From a virus (taxonomy: Duplodnaviria > Caudoviricetes), in IMG/VR virus record IMGVR_UViG_3300022208_000015, positions 1 to 36,765 of that record: DNA of 36,765 nucleotides; one strand, 5' to 3'. A program made the translations under genes and the position numbers. Shown in pieces: positions 16,319 through 24,974 of the stretch. Every line of letters begins with the position of its first letter. Position 1 is the first letter of the stretch. Below the pieces are notes generated by a model that saw nothing but the letters and a program-made list of their open reading frames with translations, did not search any database and was not told the DNA's origin.

Positions 16319-16846
16319 CTACTTTTTGGCCTTGGCGGCAAGAAACGTCTCGGGGGTCATCCCCAGGGTGGCGCACACCTGGTGCTCCTCTGCAGACAGG
16401 GCGGCGACGCCCTCTTCACCCGGCGCCTTGCCGCCGGTCTGGGTGCCGGTCAACGCGGCCACCGGCACCGCCGAGGCCAGGTAGTTCTCCAGCGCGGTGA
16501 CGTCCTTGCCGCCCAGTTCCCGCGCCCACGGCTCCATGGCGGGCAACAGCTTGCCGCTCGCCATGGCGGTGGCGATCAACCCGGTCACCCTGGCGCCGTT
16601 CACCTGCGCGGTCAGGGCGGCCACCTGCTCCTGGAGCGGTTTGACCACGTCGAGGGGTACGTACTTGGCGGGGTCCGGCTTGGCGTCGGGCAATTGCGCG
16701 GTCAGGACGGCGACCTGGGTATTGGCCTCCGCCGCCTTTGCCTCGGCGGCCTCCGCCCGCTGGATCAGCGCCGCACAGGCGGCAATGGCGGCCTCATCAT
16801 CCGCCCCCTTTTTCAGATCCAGCAGCTTGAGCAGTTTCTCGTTCAT
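16319..16846 (-). CDS. Scaffolding protein Z (in-frame internal start in protease I)
   Basis: GAGGACGCC-ATG precedes MNEKLLKLL, followed by a helical Ala-rich segment; analogous to Mu I/Z. Confidence 0.6.
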   Translation of the reverse strand: MNEKLLKLLDLKKGADDEAAIAACAALIQRAEAAEAKAAEANTQVAVLTAQLPDAKPDPAKYVPLDVVKPLQEQVAALTAQVNGARVTGLIATAMASGKLLPAMEPWARELGGKDVTALENYLASAVPVAALTGTQTGGKAPGEEGVAALSAEEHQVCATLGMTPETFLAAKAKK

Positions 16847-17368
16847 GGCGTCCTCATCTTCAGGTTCGGGTGATAGATCAAAATGCGCAGCCACCAGGGT
16901 GGCCACCTCCTGCATGCCGTCCAGCGCCGGGTTGTTGGTGAGGGCGGCGTTGAAAATCTGCGTCACCTCACCGGTGTCGGTGGAGAACCAGAACACCGGA
17001 CTGATATAACGGAACTCCCCACTGGTAATGGCTGTGGCGGCCTTGTCCGTCCAACGCACATCCACCGCAAACAACCCCCTGCCCTCGCGCCACTCCATGC
17101 GCCGGAACCACCCGGCGGCCGGGGCCGGTTGGCCGTTTTCGCGGCTATATATGGTCTGGTGGTTGTAGTCGATGACGAAGTCGGACACCCGTCCGGCCTC
17201 GCGGGCGATCACACGGGCGGCGATGTCGGCGTCGACCCTCCAGGCGTCTATCCCTCCGGGGCGGTTATCCATCGCGCGGAACTTGCCCGCTGGCAAAAGC
17301 TGGATTTCCCCGGTGTTGGCAAGGTCCAGGTGGCATACGGCGATGCCGATATGGCTTTTGCGCTTCAT
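16319..17368 (-). CDS. Prohead protease I (Mu gpI) with C-terminal scaffold
   Basis: Motifs IQLLPAG.F...D.RP, IDYNHQT, APAAGW, EFRYISPVF and ALTNNPALDG. Confidence 0.96.
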   Translation of the reverse strand: MKRKSHIGIAVCHLDLANTGEIQLLPAGKFRAMDNRPGGIDAWRVDADIAARVIAREAGRVSDFVIDYNHQTIYSRENGQPAPAAGWFRRMEWREGRGLFAVDVRWTDKAATAITSGEFRYISPVFWFSTDTGEVTQIFNAALTNNPALDGMQEVATLVAAHFDLSPEPEDEDAMNEKLLKLLDLKKGADDEAAIAACAALIQRAEAAEAKAAEANTQVAVLTAQLPDAKPDPAKYVPLDVVKPLQEQVAALTAQVNGARVTGLIATAMASGKLLPAMEPWARELGGKDVTALENYLASAVPVAALTGTQTGGKAPGEEGVAALSAEEHQVCATLGMTPETFLAAKAKK

Positions 17369-17375
17369 GCCGCCC

Positions 17376-17422
17376 ATATTGTCCCCGGCGCGATGACGAA
17401 ATCCTGCCGAAGCATTTCGGCA
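17376..17422 (-). promoter_or_regulatory. Late promoter (PI-like): Mor/C-type dyad plus -10
   Basis: Perfect dyad TGCCGAA-N4-TTCGGCA (17405-17422), then 23 nt, CAATAT (17381-17376), 7 nt and the ATG at 17368. Confidence 0.75.
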
Positions 17423-17630
17423 ATTTTGGCGTGCAAGGGGGGCGATGCGGGGTGACTGGGTACCACCAGAAACCGTAATGCCCCAGATAACCCTTTTAAG
17501 ACCCTTTTAAAAACTCCGATCTCCCACCGGACTATCCCATGCCCCAGTCGGGCCGATTTTTTGCGGCACAGGGCAAATGCGGCGGTCGGGGTTGCCTGCG
17601 TCGGGAAAAGGGGGTACATTTGACCCGAGG

Positions 17631-17730
17631 GAGGCGCGGGCGACACGGTGAATCTCCCGGCCGTAACCTTGCCAGATGGCATTGAGTGCTATGTGGGGGA
17701 AATGGGAGTCCCCACCCCGTCGCCGACCTC
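17631..17730 (-). ncRNA. Candidate structured RNA element immediately 3' of MuF
   Basis: Pairings GGCGAC/GTCGCC, GTGGGG/CCCCAC, CTCCC/GGGAG, TGCCA/TGGCA and GGTG/CACC within 100 nt. Confidence 0.5.
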
Positions 17731-18910
17731 ATTTCCACTCCCCCAAAATCACCTGGCCCCGCCGCAGCCACTTGGCCACGTCCTCCCGGTTTGTGCGGCG
17801 GAAGCTGGTGACGAACGACGCCAGGCCGCTCTGGGTCACCTTGATGGCCGCAGAGTAGATGCGTCGCCCCTCGCGCCGGATGGCAACGGCGCTCTGTTTC
17901 CCGTCCTGCACCACCACCGTGGCCGATTCGCCCAGCAGGGGCAGCACCCGGTATTCTTCCAGCGTCAACTCCGGGTGGACCTCCGCCTGCTTGCCCGCGC
18001 TTTCCGCGCTCATCACCCCGATCCGGCTGTGCGCGCCCAATGCCGTGGCCACCTCCTGCGGCAGGTGCATCACCGGCATGTTGCCTTTGGGCATCTTGAG
18101 CCACTGTTCAAACTCCGGCGCCGCCACGCCCGATCGGATGGCGGCGGCCGCATCTTCCGGCGCGGCGTCCGCCAGGCGGAAAACCAGATGATCATCCAGC
18201 GACTGGCGGCGGCCGCCGGGCGGATAGTTGAACTCCGGGTCCACCCCACGGGGGATGCGCTGCACCTGGCCGGTGCGTTTGTTGCGGTAGGTGGTGGCGG
18301 GCACGTCCGGGCGCGGCCCCACGGTCAGGCCGCGCCGTTTGGCCTGGGCGTCGGACAGTTGCCGCACCCGGCACTTGCAGCCCCACGCCTTGATGGGCAT
18401 GTGCTCCTGCCAAAATGGGTCATCCACCGGCAGCACCAGACCATCCCACGCGGCGTGTTCGGCGCGCGGCGCCTCGCTGTTGTTGGCGTCGTAGATCAGC
18501 AGGCCGAAATCATCTTTTGCCTTCTGGATGCGCTCCCACTGCCCCTCGCTGTGGGATGTGCGCAGGTTGGTGTCGTAGATCACCTGCAAGCGGCGCACGC
18601 TGCCCAGTTGCACCTCGCGCAGCTCGCGGGTTTTGGGATCCTCCATCAACGCCCGCCCCCACCACCCTTTGCGAACCAGCTCCGGCTGGAGCGTTTGGGC
18701 AAAATTGCGAAAGGGCACGCCATCCGCCAGGGCGCGGTCCACCTGGGCGCGGATGGATTTGAGCACGGAAAGCTGCATGGCCTTGGCCACGGTGAAGGCC
18801 GCCTGGTGATCGGTTTGCCACACGTCGCGCCAGTCGAAGCCGACCGCAAAGCCCTTCTGGCGGAAGAACTTGATGGCCTCGGCGGGGGGCAATGGCTTGA
18901 GGGCGATCAC
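17729..18910 (-). CDS. MuF (gpF/gp30) head morphogenesis protein with C-terminal PBECR-like (barnase/RelE-fold) extension
   Basis: MuF motifs AFTVAKAM, L..KGWWG, RRL..IY.TN, R.EH..WDG.VLPVDDPFW and WGCKC.V. The extension contains HPEL..EEY...Y.A.IK.T..G...FVTSFRR. GTG at 18910 overlaps the portal stop. Confidence 0.88.
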   Translation of the reverse strand: MIALKPLPPAEAIKFFRQKGFAVGFDWRDVWQTDHQAAFTVAKAMQLSVLKSIRAQVDRALADGVPFRNFAQTLQPELVRKGWWGRALMEDPKTRELREVQLGSVRRLQVIYDTNLRTSHSEGQWERIQKAKDDFGLLIYDANNSEAPRAEHAAWDGLVLPVDDPFWQEHMPIKAWGCKCRVRQLSDAQAKRRGLTVGPRPDVPATTYRNKRTGQVQRIPRGVDPEFNYPPGGRRQSLDDHLVFRLADAAPEDAAAAIRSGVAAPEFEQWLKMPKGNMPVMHLPQEVATALGAHSRIGVMSAESAGKQAEVHPELTLEEYRVLPLLGESATVVVQDGKQSAVAIRREGRRIYSAAIKVTQSGLASFVTSFRRTNREDVAKWLRRGQVILGEWK

Positions 18911-20445
18911 GCGCGGCCGCCATTCACCCGGCCCCACACGCCCGCCGCAAACTGGCCCTGCGCCAGGCTTTCGATCAGCGGCGCCAGATCCTGCCCGGCC
19001 AGCAGATCGGTCAGCCCCTGTCTAAACCCGTCGAAATCGTCACTGGCGGCGGCCAGCGCCAGGATGGGGGCGATCAGCGGGTCCATCACCCTCTCCCAAT
19101 CCGCGCCCATGTCGGTCGCCAACCGCTCCAGCTCGTCGGGCGGGGTGGGCTGCGCGGCCAGTGCCGCCATCCGCGTGGATGCAACGGCGGGCGCCGCTGG
19201 GGCGGTACGGGCCAGCACTGGCTCATCTTTTTGCGGCAGGGGGATGCCCAGTTTTCCGTGCGCCCAGCCCACGGGGATGCGGAACCCGGCATCCACCAGG
19301 TTGGGCACAGCGCCGCCCCACGCCACCAGATCCTCCGGCTCGCTGGTATCAAATCGAAAACGCGGGGCGCGGCGCAGGCCGTCCGGCGCCAGGCCGTTGA
19401 GGGCGGCGATGGGATACACCAAATCGCGCGTCAGCGTGCTGGCCACCTGGAGCGCGTCTGACTCCAGCAGCTCGCGTCGCACTTCGTTGTGGACGTTGCC
19501 CAGGGCGTTGGTGCTGGTTTTGCCGTCGGCCTGGCTGGTGAGGGTGCCACCCAGAATCGCTTTCGATTGGGTGCGCTCGCACCAGGCGATCATTGCCTCG
19601 AATGGCAGGTGACTGCCCTTGGCCGCCTCCTGGAACTCGATGGCCATGCCGTCGGGCACGATGCCCGCCGCGTTGTGGCCGATGTTCATCACCGCCCGCA
19701 TCAGGGTGGCTTTTTCCTTGTCCGTGGCCCCGGACGGGTATTTGCCCAGACGCAGCGGCAGGCCATAAATTTCCAGAAATTCGGCCAGGTCGCGGACGGC
19801 GTAAACCTTGAACAGATACGGCCACGCGAGCACCCGGCCCAGACCGGCGCGCGTGACGTAGCCGGATTTGGCCTTGTGCAAATGCTGGATCCAGCCGAAC
19901 GGGGTCAGCTCCACACCGTTGGGCGACCCGTCGCGCAGGTGCAGTTCGTGGCGGTTCTCCGGCGGGGTATGGAACCACCCCGCAGGGCGCAGGATGATTT
20001 CGCGCGGCAGCCACACGCGATCCACCAGGCGCCAGGCGATTTCCAAATTGGCGTACCCCTTTCCGACGCCATCCATCACGTCGAACAACAGATCCTCGAT
20101 GTCCGGGATCTCCTCGAACAGTTCGGCCAGGTGCTCGGCGTTTTTTTGTTCGGCGGCGGTGGGGCGGGCAGGGGGAAAGATGGCCCAGGGCAAACCCGTC
20201 AATGCGCGTTTGCGCTTGGACAGCTCGGCCAGGATGTGGCCGTCTTTTTCCTCCATGTCCTCGATCAGCTCCGCCTGGGCGCGCAGGTTGCCCTGCTCGG
20301 CGTCGCGCAGGATCTCCGCCAGGCGGCTGACCGTCAACCCGCTGGAGGGGTGATCGGCAAATTCCCGGTGCAGCGCGCCGACGCTGGCGGTCTGCTCATC
20401 CTGCGACGGGGCCTTGACCGGGCGTCCGTAGGCGTCAACCAGCAT
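18907..20445 (-). CDS. Portal protein (Mu gp29, DUF935)
   Basis: Motifs HPSSGLT..RLA.IL..AE.G, DMEEKD.H, EFLEIYGLP.RLGKY, SKAILGGTLT and LG.VHNEVR. GGAGG SD precedes ATG 20445. Confidence 0.97.
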   Translation of the reverse strand: MLVDAYGRPVKAPSQDEQTASVGALHREFADHPSSGLTVSRLAEILRDAEQGNLRAQAELIEDMEEKDGHILAELSKRKRALTGLPWAIFPPARPTAAEQKNAEHLAELFEEIPDIEDLLFDVMDGVGKGYANLEIAWRLVDRVWLPREIILRPAGWFHTPPENRHELHLRDGSPNGVELTPFGWIQHLHKAKSGYVTRAGLGRVLAWPYLFKVYAVRDLAEFLEIYGLPLRLGKYPSGATDKEKATLMRAVMNIGHNAAGIVPDGMAIEFQEAAKGSHLPFEAMIAWCERTQSKAILGGTLTSQADGKTSTNALGNVHNEVRRELLESDALQVASTLTRDLVYPIAALNGLAPDGLRRAPRFRFDTSEPEDLVAWGGAVPNLVDAGFRIPVGWAHGKLGIPLPQKDEPVLARTAPAAPAVASTRMAALAAQPTPPDELERLATDMGADWERVMDPLIAPILALAAASDDFDGFRQGLTDLLAGQDLAPLIESLAQGQFAAGVWGRVNGGRA

Positions 20446-20460
20446 GGCCACCTCCCGGCA

Positions 20461-22014
20461 TCACCAGCCCCCCCCCTTGACCAGCGCGGGCTGGTTGTTG
20501 CGGTCCTCATCCTCATCGGCCAGGCGATCGCGGAACGGGCTCGCGGTTTGCGGGCACGGCGTGTAGTCGATTTCCGGCGGCTCCATCATGGCCACCGCGT
20601 ACAACACGTTGGCGAGGCTGATGGCAAACTCGCCGTGGCGTCGATTGCCATCGGCCCCTTTTTCGCGCTTTTTCGGGATCTGCGCCACGCCGTCGATGCG
20701 CTTGATGGCCCGCAGATCCGCCAGCACATCGTCGTGGCGGGGGGCGGTGATGGTGCGGTCCTCCACTGCCGCCTTGACCCGTGGCATGTGCTCGCGGTAC
20801 CACCCCACCGTGGCCATCACCTGCTCGATGCGCCCGGCCCCGTAGCGCTGCATGGTAGCCTCCGCCATCTCGCCGCCGTTGCCGCGCGCGTCCATGGCGC
20901 CAGCGGTGAAGCGGGGCAGGCGGTCGACCAGATAGAACAGCACCTGTTTTTGCTGGGCGAACGGCACATTGCGCATCTCCAGCAAAAACGGTGTGTGCAG
21001 GGTCAGGTTGAGCGATTCTTGCACCGGCCAGACGGTGGTGCTGTCCGCTGTGCGACCGAAATCCTGGCCAAAATAGCTTTTCAGGATCGGATTCAGGGCC
21101 GCCAAACGGGTCTTCAGGTGCTCTGCGCACCAGTCGTTCACTTCCGCCCGGCGGATGTGCTCCGGCAACTGTTCGAACCCGGCGGCCAGGGTGAGGTTCA
21201 GCACCGGGATGTCCGGGCGCATGATCCCCTCGATCATCATGCGTGTAAGGAACGTGCCGGAGCCCTGCGACGGGATGACGTCCAGCTCCTCCGCCGCGTC
21301 CTCGCCGTAGTGGCCCCGAATGTCCGCGCACCAGATGGCCTCGCCCCCGGTGGTCCATTCGGCGCCCTTGGCCAGGCAGATGCGCCGGTACAGACCCTGT
21401 TCCACCGCCAGGTCGAACGTGATGCGGTGCAGCCCCCATTTTTTGCGGCCCGCCCGCACGTCGTCCACCAACCCGTTGAACGGGTTGGATTCGCCGTCGT
21501 GGGTACTGATGATGCGCACCCGGCCGCCCCACATGAGCAACGCCATGGCGGACTTGAGCAGGCCGGGCAGATCATCGTGGAAGGCCGCTTCGTCGATCAC
21601 CACCACGCCCTGTTTGCCGCGCAGGTTGCTGGGGCGCGAGGCCAGGGCCTTGACGTGGCAGCCAGAGGCGAACTTGATCACGTAGATCTGGATGTCATCG
21701 CCATCCTTGCCCTCGCCCTTCAGCACGTCCTGATACACATCGGAGCAGGCGCGGTCGAATTGCCGCGCCCAGCCCGCGCAGGTATCAACAAAATCACGCG
21801 CCATATCCTGGTTATAGCCGATGTACCACACGTTCTGGCCCCCGTCCTCGCGGGAGGTGGCGGCTATCAGCACATCGTCTGCGGCCTCCGCCCAGGTGAT
21901 GCCGACGCGGCGGGATTTTTCCACCACCTTGACGGTGGATTGATCCGCCACCCATTGCTGTTGGTAGGGCAAAAAGACGGCGGGAATGGTGGCCTGCGCG
22001 GTCACGGTTTCCAA
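20461..22014 (-). CDS. Terminase large subunit (Mu gp28-like)
   Basis: Motifs LPYQQ.W, EKSRRVGITW (Walker A variant), VVIDEAAFH (Walker B), ISTHDG, GQDFGR and RHGE.A. Confidence 0.96.
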   Translation of the reverse strand: METVTAQATIPAVFLPYQQQWVADQSTVKVVEKSRRVGITWAEAADDVLIAATSREDGGQNVWYIGYNQDMARDFVDTCAGWARQFDRACSDVYQDVLKGEGKDGDDIQIYVIKFASGCHVKALASRPSNLRGKQGVVVIDEAAFHDDLPGLLKSAMALLMWGGRVRIISTHDGESNPFNGLVDDVRAGRKKWGLHRITFDLAVEQGLYRRICLAKGAEWTTGGEAIWCADIRGHYGEDAAEELDVIPSQGSGTFLTRMMIEGIMRPDIPVLNLTLAAGFEQLPEHIRRAEVNDWCAEHLKTRLAALNPILKSYFGQDFGRTADSTTVWPVQESLNLTLHTPFLLEMRNVPFAQQKQVLFYLVDRLPRFTAGAMDARGNGGEMAEATMQRYGAGRIEQVMATVGWYREHMPRVKAAVEDRTITAPRHDDVLADLRAIKRIDGVAQIPKKREKGADGNRRHGEFAISLANVLYAVAMMEPPEIDYTPCPQTASPFRDRLADEDEDRNNQPALVKGGGW

Positions 22015-22310
22015 CCCATCGGCACCGGGATCCAGGTCAGGCGCACCGCGCTGGTGGGGGCAAAGCGGGCCACGCTGGCCTCGTCCGCGCGAAAACCGTC
22101 GTACATGCCGTCGCTTCTCAAGCGCTCCACCACCGTCCAGCCGGGCGGTAGCAGGCCCTCGTCAAAACCGTCCTCCACCACCAGCAGGGCGACCTGTTGC
22201 CCGGCGTTCACCACACCCGCCGGATGCGGTGGATGAATCACCCCATCGGTGGGCCACGGCAGGTCGGAATTGGGGTTCGCGGCGGGGCGAATGCAGGTCA
22301 GTTGTTTCAT
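22002..22310 (-). CDS. Hypothetical protein (102 aa)
   Basis: Co-oriented, has an AGGA SD and fills the gap before terL. No recognised family. Confidence 0.65.
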   Translation of the reverse strand: MKQLTCIRPAANPNSDLPWPTDGVIHPPHPAGVVNAGQQVALLVVEDGFDEGLLPPGWTVVERLRSDGMYDGFRADEASVARFAPTSAVRLTWIPVPMGWKP

Positions 22311-22320
22311 GCAAATCCTG

Positions 22321-23511
22321 CTACGTGGTCAACCATTTTATTTGCTCCTGCGGCAGGTCCGCGGGGTAGATTGCGAGCTTTTGTATCCATGCGTTCGGCT
22401 GCAAACTGCCGTTCATCGTGTCCCATCCAATCCCTATCACGGTCCCGGCGGGGGCGGAGGGCGTCCCCGCGGCGTCAGCACCATCGGCGGTGCCGTCCCG
22501 GAACTGCCGGAAATCATCCTGGCGGACGCTAGCCCCAACGTTATGAAAAGCACCGGTGCTAATCGCCGCGCCACCCAAAATGTTAGCCACCCCAACGCCA
22601 TCAGCTATGACCAGTGTCTGTATGCCATTACCAAACCCGGTTCCAAAAAAACCAAAACGCGAGCCATTAAGGGTGGAACCAAAACTCAAAAGCCCTCCCG
22701 CTATGGTGGTAAAGCTCTCGCGGTAGACGGTCGCGACCACGGACCAAGCGAGGGGGTTAATTGCGCCCGGCAGCGGGATTGTCATCTGGTCGGCCTGCCG
22801 CAGCGCCGCAGCGCCAGCCACGACGATCGGCGTCGTGCAGAACGCCCCCAATTCGAACTGGTTCAGCACAAAATAGAGCACCGTCGAGGCGGGCACGGTC
22901 AGCGTCAGCAGATCGCCCGCCGCCGCTGCGATGTTCTCGCTCTTGATACGCGTGTACGTTGCGCTGGTGATGTTCTGGCTGCCCTTCGCGCCGGTCAGCG
23001 TGGCCGTGATCGTCCCCGCGCCGCTGAAACGCCGGGCGATAAGCTGGAAACTGTGGGCCGCCGTCGTGGCCGCGCCCGCGACCGTCACGGCACCGCCGCT
23101 GGCCCCGCCATCCACCTTTATCGCGTAGGTACAAATCGCGGGGTCCACAATGGCCGCGAGCGCCGTGGTGTCGGCGATGTTCGCCACCGTCGCGGTGCCG
23201 GTCACCGTGTACGCCGTGGTCGGGCTCCCACTGGCGGGAGCGTTGTAGTTGGTGTTCAGGTTGGTGGCTGCGACCTCGCTCAGCATCCCCCGGTCCGTGC
23301 GGGTGCGGTGCATGTCGTTCGCATACTTTTGCCACACCCCGGCGGCATTTGTTCCCAACGCCTCCGAGGCGCGGGTGTGCGTCACCGGCGGCCCCCAGTA
23401 CGTGCCGTTGGCAAAGTCATAAAAAGCCGTCGCGCCGTTGATGGCTGGGCGCAGGGCGATGGCGGGATGAAGAAAATCCGGATCCAGAGTGACAGGATGC
23501 AGCGGAAACAT
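22321..23511 (-). CDS. Putative head-spike/fibre protein with LamG/concanavalin-like C-terminus
   Basis: Contains TRASEA.G.NAAG...RT.RGMLSE..ATNL and QFELGAF.T.PI...GAA.LR.AD, motifs I associate with phage head-spike fibres. It ends IG.......NAWIQKL.IYP..L. Start 23511 is by TGATG coupling. Confidence 0.7.
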   Translation of the reverse strand: MFPLHPVTLDPDFLHPAIALRPAINGATAFYDFANGTYWGPPVTHTRASEALGTNAAGVWQKYANDMHRTRTDRGMLSEVAATNLNTNYNAPASGSPTTAYTVTGTATVANIADTTALAAIVDPAICTYAIKVDGGASGGAVTVAGAATTAAHSFQLIARRFSGAGTITATLTGAKGSQNITSATYTRIKSENIAAAAGDLLTLTVPASTVLYFVLNQFELGAFCTTPIVVAGAAALRQADQMTIPLPGAINPLAWSVVATVYRESFTTIAGGLLSFGSTLNGSRFGFFGTGFGNGIQTLVIADGVGVANILGGAAISTGAFHNVGASVRQDDFRQFRDGTADGADAAGTPSAPAGTVIGIGWDTMNGSLQPNAWIQKLAIYPADLPQEQIKWLTT

Positions 23512-23789
23512 CAGACCCCCAGGAGCACGGTGACCATGCCGGACGTCCATGCTGTGGTTTTGGCGCGGATGTATTTCCATCCGTCGCCGGACATGACATA
23601 GATGCCCGACGCGGTGAAGGCCGGGGGTATCTGGCTCCAGGTAACGCCATCCAGCGAGACCTCGATGGCGACGGTGGCCACGCCGGTGATGATCACCTGC
23701 AACTTGCCCGCGCCCTTGTCAGTAAAAATGTCGCCGGTGAAAACGGCGGTCACGGCATCCAACAGCTTGTAAACGTGCATGACGCTCAT
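23511..23789 (-). CDS. Small beta-rich protein (92 aa), possible spike base/decoration
   Basis: MSVMHVYKLL...ATVAIEVSLDGVTW...WKYIRA...SG.VTV; coupled by overlaps on both sides. Confidence 0.7.
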   Translation of the reverse strand: MSVMHVYKLLDAVTAVFTGDIFTDKGAGKLQVIITGVATVAIEVSLDGVTWSQIPPAFTASGIYVMSGDGWKYIRAKTTAWTSGMVTVLLGV

Positions 23790-24367
23790 TTGGCGGATTC
23801 CTTTGGAGTGATGCCCAGGATGAGGGCGCGGATGGCTTCGGCGGTTTTGCCGGTGATCCCGGCGGCGCGCACCGCCTGGTCCACGGCCTCGGCGGCCTGT
23901 GTGGCGCTGGCGGCCACTTGGGCGGCCATTTGGGCGCGGATTTTGATCTCGCGGTCGGCGCTGGTTTTGTCGGCGGTAGACAGGTCTTTGATGGCGCGGG
24001 CCAGCAGGGCGAGGTCTCCGGGTTTTGGGGGGGCGATGTCGCCACCGGTCTCGCCGCCGCTCATGCCCATGAGCTGCTGGAAGGCCACGGTGCGCAGCAT
24101 CTCGGCCAGCAGGCGGCCAACATCCGAATCCGGGGCGGCGCCCAACTGGGTGACCCATGTACCCGCGATCTCGCGCGCCTCGCGAATGCGGGCGCCTACC
24201 GCGCGGAAGTCCTGGGCGAAACGTCCCACGGAGGACTTCGACACGGTCACGTCCAGCCCCTGCAAATGCGCCACCACCTGGGCGATGGTGGCGCCGTCAT
24301 GTAGCAGGCGCTGCACCTCGGCGCGGATTTCGGGCGCGAGTTTGGCGATGGTGGATTTGCTGCCCAT
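23786..24367 (-). CDS. Terminase small subunit (Mu gp27-like, DUF3486)
   Basis: MG.KSTI.KL.PEIR...VSKSSVGR pattern and synteny. Start 24367 is by TGATG overlap. Confidence 0.88.
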   Translation of the reverse strand: MGSKSTIAKLAPEIRAEVQRLLHDGATIAQVVAHLQGLDVTVSKSSVGRFAQDFRAVGARIREAREIAGTWVTQLGAAPDSDVGRLLAEMLRTVAFQQLMGMSGGETGGDIAPPKPGDLALLARAIKDLSTADKTSADREIKIRAQMAAQVAASATQAAEAVDQAVRAAGITGKTAEAIRALILGITPKESAK

Positions 24368-24666
24368 CAGTCCCCCGGTCCGGGGCGGCGCACTCCGGGC
24401 ACGCTGGCGCGGCCAGCAGCCACGTCCGCCCCGCGCTGGGTTAGCCGGGCGACGTGGACGGAATCCGCCACCACCTCCACGGTGACCAGCTCCTGCTCGG
24501 CCAGCCAGGCAAAATCGGTGCGCACCTGATCGCGGGAGACTCCGTGGCCAAACCGCGCCAGCGCCGTTTGCAGGATGGCCTCCCCGGCGGCGTAATCGGG
24601 ATCCTCGGCCAGCAGGCGCAGGATCACCAGGCGGCGATCCCCGGTATGCAGGGCCGCAAAACTCAT
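24367..24666 (-). CDS. Mu gp26-like winged-helix protein
   Basis: RRLVILRLL, VSRDQVR....WL.EQ.LV and LT.RG.DVA.GRA.VPGV.RP.P patterns. Confidence 0.9.
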   Translation of the reverse strand: MSFAALHTGDRRLVILRLLAEDPDYAAGEAILQTALARFGHGVSRDQVRTDFAWLAEQELVTVEVVADSVHVARLTQRGADVAAGRASVPGVRRPGPGD

Positions 24667-24974
24667 TTGCCACCGCCATTCAACATGTGTTGCACCAGCA
24701 TCCCTAACTGGTGGGCAATACCCTTGAGCTCGCCGCGCAGGCCTTCGAGCCCCTCGCCCAGGTTGTTGACGCGCTCATAGATGCGACCCAAATCGTCGTG
24801 GCCGGGGGCGGAGTTGACCCGCTCCTCGATGCGCGTGAGGCGGATATCCAGCGACCGCACCTCGGTGGCGGTGGCGCGATCGTGGTTGGTGATCCATGTG
24901 TAGGTGGCGGCGCCCCCGGCCACCGCCATGGCGATGAGGTCCAACCAAAATCGACCTGCGTCCCAGTTCATCAC
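24663..24974 (-). CDS. Mu gp25-like (DUF2730) membrane-anchored coiled-coil protein
   Basis: N-terminal TM segment, then RL..IE.....P..DD and a coiled coil. Confidence 0.8.
   Translation of the reverse strand: MMNWDAGRFWLDLIAMAVAGGAATYTWITNHDRATATEVRSLDIRLTRIEERVNSAPGHDDLGRIYERVNNLGEGLEGLRGELKGIAHQLGMLVQHMLNGGGK

Noticed and set aside
17365-17682. 105-aa ORF as the MuF immunity protein
   Set aside because: It has no SD, starts inside the structured element, runs across the late promoter and has low-information composition. It is not fully excluded without Ribo-seq.
19489-22236. 915-aa plus-strand ORF and other long plus-strand ORFs (17648-19612, 6263-7744, 22249-23601, 27540-28994)
   Set aside because: Antisense shadows of well-supported minus-strand genes in high-GC DNA.
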